Origin: Bryobacterales bacterium
GTDB taxonomy: Bacteria; Acidobacteriota; Terriglobia; Bryobacterales; UBA6623
Length of the DNA: 64,000 nucleotides
Direction: 5' to 3'
Assembly: GCA_965224215.1 (NCBI GenBank)
Contig: CBDCYS010000026.1
Coordinates: 43,596-107,595 of the forward strand
The notes beneath the pieces were generated by a model that did not search any database, had not been told where the DNA came from, and was given only the letters and a program-made list of their open reading frames with translations. The translations under genes were made by a program, and so were the position numbers. Shown here in pieces: positions 1 to 7,363 of the stretch; position 1 is the stretch's first letter; every line of letters begins with the position of its first letter.

Positions 1-1
1 T

Positions 2-805
2 GATGTCGCAACCGTCGAGCAGATCCTGGAAGAAAGGGACGATGTAGCTGCGCTGATGCTCGAGCCGACGGGCGCCAGTTTCGGGCGGGTCCCCACCGGA
101 GGGGAGACGCTACGGCGGTTGCGGGACACTACCACCCGCCACGGTGTCGTCCTGATCTTTGACGAAGTTGTCACGGGCTTCCGCGTCTCAACCGGGGGCG
201 CGCAAAGCTTCTATGGGATAACCCCTGACCTCACGGCGTTCGCCAAGGTGGTAGCCGGCGGACTTCCTGGCGCGCTCGTCGTGGGCCGCTCGGACATCTT
301 CTCCAGCATGGACTTCGGGGGTGACGACCAGAAGACGGTCGATCCAGCCGTTCCCCACCAAGGGACATTCAATGCTTCGCCGCTCTCGGCTGCTGCCGGG
401 GTGGCCGCCTTGCAACTTCTCAAGGACGGCACCGCCATTGCCACCGCCAATGAAACAGCCGGCAAGATCCGCGACGGAATGAACGCGGTCTTGCGGAAGC
501 TGGGTGCTAGGTGGTGCGTATACGGGGAGTTTTCCGCGATTCATATCTTCACGAACCCACAACGGGAATCGATCACTCCGCAGGACATTCTCGACGGCCG
601 CATTCACTGGAAAACCCTCAAGTCAGGTGCGACGCCCGAGTTGGTGCACAAGATCCGGCTGGGCTTCCTGTGCCAGGGCGTGGACGTCAACGGCTGGCCG
701 GGCGGTCAGACTTCCGCGGTACATGACGGCGATGACGTAGATCGAACGCTTGTGGCTTTCGAAAAGGTTTTGAAGCAATTGGCGGAGGAGGGCGATCTCG
801 ACTGA
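2..805 (+). CDS. Class-III PLP aminotransferase (glutamate-1-semialdehyde aminomutase-like), 5' end outside window
   Basis: Frame 2 is open from base 2 (DVATVEQILEERDDVAALMLEPTG...) into listed ORF 56..805. LIFDEVVTGFR and FAKVVAGGLP (Schiff-base Lys context) are class-III aminotransferase hallmarks. Confidence 0.85.
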   Translation, partial: DVATVEQILEERDDVAALMLEPTGASFGRVPTGGETLRRLRDTTTRHGVVLIFDEVVTGFRVSTGGAQSFYGITPDLTAFAKVVAGGLPGALVVGRSDIFSSMDFGGDDQKTVDPAVPHQGTFNASPLSAAAGVAALQLLKDGTAIATANETAGKIRDGMNAVLRKLGARWCVYGEFSAIHIFTNPQRESITPQDILDGRIHWKTLKSGATPELVHKIRLGFLCQGVDVNGWPGGQTSAVHDGDDVDRTLVAFEKVLKQLAEEGDLD

Positions 806-934
806 AACTCTCGACCGAGCGACGAAAGCGCCCCACACCGCAACTCGTTTGCCCGATACCTGCCGGTTTACCAATCCATCGCGGCTGAAGGCCGCTCGTT
901 TCGAGATGGCAAAGCCTCTGAGCTCCTGAGAAGG

Positions 935-1023
935 TGGTGCGCAAGAGAGGACTTGAACCTCCACCCGGAGTGAACCGGACTAGGACCTGAACCTAGCGCG
1001 TCTGCCAATTCCGCCACTTGCGC
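935..1023 (-). tRNA. tRNA-Leu, anticodon CAG, long variable arm, CCA encoded
   Basis: Reverse complement reads GCGCAAGTGGCGGAATTGGCAGACGCGCTAGGTTCAGGTCCTAG...GGTTCAAGTCCTCTCTTGCGCACCA. Acceptor stem GCGCAAG/CTTGCGC; anticodon stem CTAGG/CCTAG around loop TTCAGGT; T-loop GGTTCAAGTCC. Same layout as E. coli tRNA-Leu(CAG). Confidence 0.92.
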
Positions 1024-1026
1024 ACA
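985..1026. repeat. 42-bp direct repeat, copy 1 (att-like): tRNA-Leu nt 1-39 plus 3 upstream nt
   Basis: acctgaacctagcgcgtctgccaattccgccacttgcgcaca is identical to 7104..7145. Confidence 0.95.
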
Positions 1027-1028
1027 TT

Positions 1029-1760
1029 TTAATTCAACAACTTACGGGAAATGAAATCGGCCTCAGATCGTTTTGACCTTGTTTTGGCCTTGTCGCTGGC
1101 CGATTCAACTTCGGCAAGGTGCCTTTCCAGCTTCGCCGCTGCATCATGCAGATCCCGTTCATTAACGATATTGTAGCGGTCGAACACCGAGCGTGTCTTC
1201 CACCCACCGATAGCCATGACTACACGTTCGGGCACCCCGGCCCGCACAAGGTTGCGCGCACCTGTACGCCGTAAGTCATGAAATACCTTGGCGTGCTGAC
1301 CTCGTTCCGCATCCCACAAGCTGGGAACCGTTTCGGCTGCCCGCCTGCTGGCCTCTTCCCAGGCTCCCCGAAAATCCTTGATCCGTTTTCCGTGGCGGAA
1401 AAACACCCAAGGACAATCAGGCCATCGCTGATCGCGGGTCTGGGGTTGCATCACGAGCATTTCTAGCAGTTCACCGGCCAGTGGGATCACCCGGCCCTCG
1501 TCGTTTTGGGTTTCACCTGGATTCAACCGCACGACCTTGGCCAGCAGATCAACCTGCTCCCAAAGCAGGTTCAGAATCTCTCCTTTACGGCAGCCCGTAT
1601 GGTAAGCGAAGGAGATGACTGGTTTTAGGTGTTCGGGCAGTTCGGCACGCTGTGCCAGGAACTCGTCATGCTCAAAAAAGCCCCTAAGCGGCTGCGATTC
1701 CTTGAGCTTCGGGAAGATAGGTATCCGTGCGATAAGCGGAGGCGTCTGCTGCCGACCCAA
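1029..1760 (-). pseudogene. Tyrosine integrase, catalytic domain only (N-terminal arm/core-binding domains missing)
   Basis: 243 aa with HTGCRKGE (catalytic Arg box), HDLRRTGARNL (H-x-x-R) and GGWKTRSVFDRYNI (catalytic Tyr). Typical tRNA-targeting integrases are ~380-400 aa. An unrelated TadE-like fragment abuts the 5' end. Confidence 0.7.
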
Positions 1761-2029
1761 GTTGAAAGCACGCCGAAGGAAGCCAAGCGCTTGATGACTT
1801 CGTCCTGGCCAAGCGGAGTCCCCTGTGAACCGTTAAGAGTCTGCCCCGTGATGGCGAACCGCACTCCTTCGCGCACTCCGTGCCGCACAGCAGCCTTCGC
1901 CAAGATCCAGTAGCAAACGTTGAACGTTGCGAAAATGAGGGAGATGAAGAGCAGGAAGCACAGTGCAAACTCGATGATTGCCTGTCCCCTGTTGCGACGT
2001 TTGTCCCGAATCATGAGCGCACCCCCCAT
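1760..2029 (-). pseudogene. TadE-like pilus-assembly protein, N-terminal fragment
   Basis: 5' part of ORF 1625..2029 reads RRNRGQAIIEFALCFLLFISLIFATFNV...AAVRHGVREGVRFAITGQT, the TadE N-terminal pattern. The rest of the ORF is an out-of-frame overlap with the integrase fragment. Confidence 0.4.
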
Positions 2030-2868
2030 TCATTACTGATTTCCTTTTCGTCGAAGCCCAGCATCGCAGCCCATGCAGCCGAGAAATGGATCTCGTCGGT
2101 CTGCAGATTCCAATACCAGTGACCGTCATTGGCAGCTCGAATAGCCAGCTGATTGTATTCCTCTCTTGTGTGGAGATCCTGGTCCGTGGTCTTTTGCTGG
2201 TCCTTTTCCTCTTCCAGTTGACGAAAGCTTTGCCCCCGGCAGCGAGCGTCACGAATGGATATCACAGCCACCGCAATTATGAGCGACGTCAGGACCTCCC
2301 ATACGGGTGTGGCAAAGATGAGCCTAGCGAGGTAGGTCCACATCACGAGGGTAATTACGTGGAGCGCAACCACCCACGGGAGGGAGCGAAAGACGCGTCC
2401 GATCCCGAACAGTAGCAGAGCGACGAAGACGACTTGGTTGGTGTCAAAGCCAATGCATACATATGCCGCAATGTTCACCAGCACAATCGCTGCGATACTC
2501 GCAGCCAAGAGATTTGTGTACCTCGGGGGAACCAGCCCTGGCCGCACTGCTGAACGGTACACGAAGCCGCTAATCGCGGCTGCGGCTAAACTAATAGATC
2601 CCAGCAGAGGCCCGGCATCGGGCGGCAGGGTGGTCCAGGCATATACGCCATGTACGAAAAGGCCGCCCACGACTAGTGGAAGAACGTTCTCAAGTGCGTG
2701 CAGAACTGCGGTCTTTTCTCGCAGTATCGCTGTGGCCCTGTTGCGCTTTCCAGCCCAGGACCAAAGCGTTGTCCACCTCTTCCGAGAATGGCCGGCTTCC
2801 GTCTTTGTCTTGGCCGCAACGCCCGGCTTATCCGCTCTGCCGGCAGATTGCTTGCTGTTGCTGTGCAT
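2011..2868 (-). pseudogene. Membrane sensor protein truncated at the start of its first PAS domain
   Basis: Multiple hydrophobic helices, a coiled linker, then NQLAIRAANDGHWYWNLQTDEIHFSAAWAAMLGFDEKEISNEW. This is a canonical PAS N-terminus, ending in a stop with no output domain. Confidence 0.55.
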
Positions 2869-2874
2869 GCTACC

Positions 2875-3072
2875 ATGTCAGAGGAAGTGAACAAGGAACA
2901 AACGAAGGGCGCGACACAGGAGGAGATCACGGAACTCACCGACGACCAACTCGATGAGGCTGCGGGAGGTGTTGACGCAACCGCCGACGTACCAGACGGT
3001 ATAGGGTTGAGCGATGGTGAGGACGATAGCCAGGGAGCGAGGGTTACGTGGAACGCGGTATCGGGTGACTAA
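2875..3072 (+). CDS. Small ORF (65 aa) with double-glycine-type leader-like motif
   Basis: From the internal ATG at 2875: MSEEVNKEQTKGATQEEITELTDDQLDEAAGG|VDATADVPDGIGLSDGEDD... No clear Shine-Dalgarno and no Cys in the putative core. Confidence 0.25.
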   Translation: MSEEVNKEQTKGATQEEITELTDDQLDEAAGGVDATADVPDGIGLSDGEDDSQGARVTWNAVSGD

Positions 3073-3163
3073 ATCTCTTTAGCAGGAACAGAAATGTATG
3101 AATGCACGTCAGTAGAAGCGCCAAGTAAACCGTGAAATAGATGTACTCCAAGAAGACGATTTC

Positions 3164-3229
3164 CTCTACGCCGGTCATGTGCCGCATGATGAGCGTTTCG
3201 AGGCCTTTTTCGCAGATGTCGGTGGTCAT
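3164..3229 (-). pseudogene. Type I restriction enzyme R subunit (HsdR), N-terminal ~22-aa remnant
   Basis: MTTDICEKGLETLIMRHMTGVEE resembles HsdR N-termini. It overlaps the stop of the HsdS fragment by 4 nt (operon-like junction). Downstream sequence turns AT-rich and non-coding-like. Confidence 0.3.
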
Positions 3230-3549
3230 ACGACGGTTTCCTCCTCAGCGGCTTCAGCCTCGTCGCTCAGGTCGGTGTCCTCCTCGGCGATATCTGGCGG
3301 CGCTTCGTCGCGCAGTCGCGCCGCCGCCTCGCGCACATCGAGCTTGCCGGTCACCACATCGGCGACGAGGCGGGTGCGGTATTCGCGGAGGAGTTCGATC
3401 TCGCGTTCGAGACGTGTGATGGCAGCATGCACCTTGCCCGTCTGTTGGAGTAGGGAAATCGCTATCTCCTCTTGCTCCACGATTGGTGGGACCGCCAAGT
3501 CCGCGCGTTTGAGGTCGCGAATGTTTATACCGCGAATCGTTGCCCCCAC
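3226..3549 (-). pseudogene. Type I R-M specificity subunit (HsdS), C-terminal fragment
   Basis: LAVPPIVEQEEIAISLLQQ...ITRLEREIELLREYRTRLVADVVTGKLDVRE is the conserved HsdS C-terminal helix region. The target-recognition domains are absent. Confidence 0.6.
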
Positions 3550-3838
3550 TGCGCCAGCTTCTAACTTGCTGAAGAATGTAACGCGAGCGGACTGCGAACA
3601 AGAGCCATTCTGCGAGGATTCCTGGGCCTGGAGCTATTCGTGCGGGGAACCAAAATGCGCGAAAAGGGGCATGGGGGGCCTGCCGGGCAAGTGCCGATGA
3701 GGGCCGACGACAGAGCGGGATATCATTCTGCGAGGGGTCGAGGCTGAACCGTGGGGGCGGCTGGCGCAAAGGGGGAGATAGCAGGGGGAACAGGGGCCCA
3801 GAATCGGGTCGTCTTGACACCGATTCTATATTCCGATA

Positions 3839-4868
3839 GATGGGTATCCGGTTGACTCAGGTAGCCCCGAGATGTAGTATGCCGGCAGATGGAAGATTAC
3901 CCTCAGAACCTGACAGAGTTCGAGGCCCGTTTTAGCAGTGAGGAGGCCTGCCGGGAGTATCTGTTCCGGCTGCGCTGGCCGGACGGTTTCCGCTGTCCGG
4001 GTTGCGGTTGTGGAAAGTCGTGGCCTTTGCGAAAAGTGCTGCTGCAGTGCGCTGCGTGTGGGCGCCAAACCTCGGTGACCGCCGGGACCATCTTTCAGGA
4101 CACGCGCAGCCCTTTGCCGTTGTGGTTTCGTGCGATGTGGTGGGTCACCACCCAAAAGACCGGAGCCAGCGCTTTGGGACTGCAAAGAGTGTTGGGGCTC
4201 AACAGGTACGAAACGGCTTGGACCTGGCTGCACAAAATGCGGCGCGCGATGGTGCGGCCGGGACGGGATTTGCTGGCCGGGACGGTGGAAGTCGATGAAA
4301 GCTACTGGGGCGGGCTCGAAGAGGGCCTGCGGGGCCGAAACCTGAAAAACAAGCATTGATCGCAGTAGCCGCTCAAGAGGATGGGCGGGGTATCGGCCGG
4401 ATTCGCATGAAGAGAATCGAGGATGCCTCGGGCGAGAGCCTGTTGCCTTTCGTGGAGGAGTGCATCGAGCCGGGCAGCGTGGTGCATACCGACGGCTGGC
4501 CCGGTTACTCCGGGTTGAAAAAGGAAGGCTACGTCCATCAGGTCACAGTTGTCAGCAGGCAGGAGCAGTCCGCGTCGGAATTGATGCCCCGCGTCCACCG
4601 CGTGATGTCACTGCTCAAGCGCTGGCTGCTGGGCACCCATCAGGGCGCCGTGAGCCACAAACATCTGGACTACTACCTGGACGAGTTCACCTTCCGTTTC
4701 AACCGCCGCAACTCCAAAAGCCGAGGCAAACTCTTCTATCGGCTCGTCCAGCAGGCGGTAGCCGTGGATCCGGCGACTTACAAGATGATTGTTCACCCGG
4801 TTACAGAACCCAAGAAAATCCCCAAACCACAAGATATTGGGGCTACCTGAGTCAACCGGATACCCATC
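3839..4868 (+). mobile_element. IS1595-family insertion sequence, copy A (1,030 bp)
   Basis: Perfect 30-bp terminal inverted repeats: gatgggtatccggttgactcaggtagcccc at 3839..3868, reverse complement at 4839..4868. Flanked by TTCCGATA at 3831..3838 and 4869..4876. Confidence 0.88.
3889..4850 (+). pseudogene. IS1595/ISXO2-like transposase split by a 1-nt frameshift
   Basis: ORF 3889..4359 carries the zinc-ribbon N-domain (CPGCGCG...CAACGRQ); ORF 4356..4850 carries the ISXO2-like DDE part. The junction aacaagcattgatc would read NKALIAVA (as in copy B: GKALVVVAV) with one extra base near 4353/4354. Confidence 0.8.
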
Positions 4869-4877
4869 TTCCGATAA

Positions 4878-5907
4878 TCTGGTTATCCACTTTACTCTAG
4901 TTGGTGGGCTGGGGCTTGGTGATAATGTCTCGATAGGTCAAGGCCTTACGGAGAACCAACTGTTCGACGAGTCGGTGGAAGATCTTGCCTACGTGGCGGG
5001 ACTTTCGACGGTTGAAGCGAAAGGTGAATTCATCGAGGTAGCCTTGCAGATGCACTTTACTCACCTTCCCTTGGTGCGTCGCTACCAACCAGCGCTTGAG
5101 CAGCGAGGCAACCAGGTGGACATGCGCGAATTCCTCGGCGGCTATCTGCGAGTCTCCCGCTGTGTGGGTGACCCGATAGCGATAGCCGGCTTTCTTCAAG
5201 CCCCGGTAACCCCTCCAGCCGTCGCTATGGACCAGACTGCCTGACGCCACACAGTCGGTCACAAAACCCACCAGACTCGGTCCCGATGCGTCGGGGACAT
5301 GACGCAGACGAATTCGCCCCATTTTGCGGCCCTGCAGTTCCACCGCAACCACAACCAAGGCTTTGCCCACCAGCTCTCGCCCGCGAACGTGCTTCTCCTT
5401 GCCACCCAAGTAAGTCTCGTCGACTTCGACACTTCCGTCCAGCCGTTCCCGACCCAGCCGAACCATCCGCCTGCCGCAACTTCTGCAACATCAGCCAGGC
5501 GGTCTGATAGCTGCCCAGACCGAGTTCACGCTGCAAACCCTTGGCGCTCAGCCCTGTTTTCTGAGTGCAGGCCAGCCACATGGCCAGAAACCAACTCCGC
5601 AGCGGCACCCGCGAGTTGTGCAGGATGGTTCCCGCCGTGGGAGAGGTCTGGCGTCGGCACCCGCTACAGAACATCGTGCCTCGTCGGGTCGTCCAACCCT
5701 TCGTGGCCGAGCAGTTCGGACAAACGAACCCCGCTGGCCAGCGGACACCGAGCAGATACTCGCAGCAAGCTTGCTCGCTGGCAAACCGTTCAGTGAACTC
5801 CACCAGATGTTTTGGAAAATCGTCGCTCAACAGACTCGGTCTTCGCCGCCAACAGCACGAGTCCAAGGATAGCTTGATTCATCACTAGAGTAAAGTGGAT
5901 AACCAGA
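4878..5907 (-). mobile_element. IS1595-family insertion sequence, copy B (~1,030 bp; different member, ~50% aa identity by eye)
   Basis: Inverted repeats ctggttatccactttactctag at 4879..4900 and reverse complement at 5885..5906. Pairing can extend 1-3 nt outward. TTCCGATAA at 4869..4877 and 5908..5916. Confidence 0.85.
4897..5866 (-). pseudogene. IS1595/ISXO2-like transposase with a frameshift
   Basis: ORF 5225..5866 gives the N-domain (CPNCSATKG...CSGCRRQ...LQKLRQA). ORF 4897..5466 continues MVRLGRERLDGSVEVDETYLGG... An extra G near 5468 breaks the frame. Confidence 0.8.
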
Positions 5908-5932
5908 TTCCGATAATATATACTTATCGGAA
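5908..5932. promoter_or_regulatory. Palindrome TTCCGATAA-tatatac-TTATCGGAA upstream of the recombinase gene
   Basis: 9-bp perfect inverted arms, 24 nt upstream of the ATG at 5956. The left arm is the sequence duplicated at both IS1595 insertions. Confidence 0.35.
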
Positions 5933-5955
5933 CTTAGCGTACCCCGGAAGGCATA

Positions 5956-6924
5956 ATGCCCAAGGCCGAATTGATCCCCGCCAGCACCCCGGAGACAGCC
6001 CTCGGTCCTGTCATGGAACAGGCCCAGGAGTACGCCCGCCAGTCCAGGGCGTCCAACACCATCCGGGCCTACCAGAGCGACTGGGGGGATTTCGGGGCCT
6101 GGTGCACCGCTCATCGCCGTCGAGCCCTGCCCGCGACTCCTGAGACCGTGGCCCTGTACCTGACTCACCTAGCTGAGCAGGGACGCAAGCCGTCGACGAT
6201 CACCCGGCGTGTCTCCTCCATCAGCCAAGCGCACCAGATGGCCGACCGGCGTCCTCCGACCCGTAGCGCCAAGGTGCGGGCGGTGCTGCGGGGCATTCGA
6301 CGAACGAAGGGCACCATGCCCGAGAGCAAGGCTCCCGTCCTCATAGACGACATCCGCGCCATGATGGCCTACCTGCCGGATCGGCTACTGGGTACTCGTG
6401 ACCGGGCTCTGCTGTTGGTGGGGTTCGCTGGAGGCTTCCGCCGCTCGGAGCTGGTCAGCCTCGATGTCAAGGATCTCGACTTCACCGGCGACGGTCTGGC
6501 CATCACTCTACGCCGTTCCAAGACCGACCAGGAGGCTGCTGGGCGGAAGGTCGGCATTCCCTACGGCTCAAGCCCGGAGACGTGTCCGGTGCGCTCTCTG
6601 AAGGCTTGGCTGGAGGCTTCGGGGATCGACTCTGGGCCGCTGTTCCGACCGATCAACCGGCACGGGCAGATCCGGCCGACAAGGCTGTCAGACAAGGCGG
6701 TGGCGTTGGTTGTGAAGCGTGCGGCGAAGGCCGCCGGGAAGGATGCGTCTGAGTTTGCCGGCCACAGTCTCCGGTCTGGGCTGGCCACGGCAGCGGCGAT
6801 CGGCGGGGCCTCGGAGCGGTCGATCATGAAGCAGACCGGGCACCGGTCGACGGCGATGGTGAGGCGGTATATCAGGGACGGGAGCTTGTTTAGGGAGAAC
6901 GCAGCGGCGAAGGTGGGGTTGTAG
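5956..6924 (+). CDS. Tyrosine site-specific recombinase (XerD/phage-integrase family)
   Basis: 322 aa. N-terminal SAM-like core-binding domain (TIRAYQSDWGDFGAWC...VALYLTHLAEQGRKPSTI), then GGFRRSEL, GHSLRSGLAT and HRSTAMVRRYI (R..HxxR..Y). Confidence 0.9.
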   Translation: MPKAELIPASTPETALGPVMEQAQEYARQSRASNTIRAYQSDWGDFGAWCTAHRRRALPATPETVALYLTHLAEQGRKPSTITRRVSSISQAHQMADRRPPTRSAKVRAVLRGIRRTKGTMPESKAPVLIDDIRAMMAYLPDRLLGTRDRALLLVGFAGGFRRSELVSLDVKDLDFTGDGLAITLRRSKTDQEAAGRKVGIPYGSSPETCPVRSLKAWLEASGIDSGPLFRPINRHGQIRPTRLSDKAVALVVKRAAKAAGKDASEFAGHSLRSGLATAAAIGGASERSIMKQTGHRSTAMVRRYIRDGSLFRENAAAKVGL

Positions 6925-7103
6925 GGGCTTCTCCCGGTCCCGCCGGAATGTTACAAGAACCGTCGGATCAAGACAGCAGGTCTGTTTTGTCCTTGCTTTT
7001 GTCCTTGTCAGGACGGGATTACAGGGGATATCCCGCAACTAGAGAGCGAGTGAAATCAATGGCTTACAGCCTGAGGCAACACCAAGGAACCCGTTTCGCA
7101 AGT

Positions 7104-7145
7104 ACCTGAACCTAGCGCGTCTGCCAATTCCGCCACTTGCGCACA
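7104..7145. repeat. 42-bp direct repeat, copy 2: orphan 5' half of tRNA-Leu (att-like)
   Basis: Perfect 42/42 match to 985..1026; flanks diverge on both sides. Confidence 0.95.
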
Positions 7146-7363
7146 AAAGCAGAGGTAGGCTCGAAAACCTACAGCACTCATCTTGGCAACCAAGCCGGCC
7201 AAGTGTCAATTCGGGCGGCTTGTGGCACTTTGTGGCGAACGAAATTTCCCTGAATCGGCTGCGGCTAGATGCACCAGCCTCAGGTCGGCGTTGGGCGCTG
7301 CAGCCGTTGCGGAACTAGGCGCCTCCAGCGGCTTGCGGCGAGGCGAAACAGTACACTAACTCC

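Larger units (their letters stand above)
1024..7145. mobile_element. Degenerate integrative island (~6.1 kb) at tRNA-Leu
   Basis: Bounded by the 42-bp tRNA-derived direct repeat. Contains a truncated integrase 5 bp from the tRNA, a second intact tyrosine recombinase, two IS, type I R-M remnants and other gene fragments. Confidence 0.65.

Noticed and set aside
1625-1759. 3' part of ORF 1625..2029
   Set aside because: It overlaps the integrase fragment out of frame, and the translation loses TadE-like character (SRRLRLSHGYLSSRSSRNRSR...). Only the 5' ~270 nt is kept, as a fragment.
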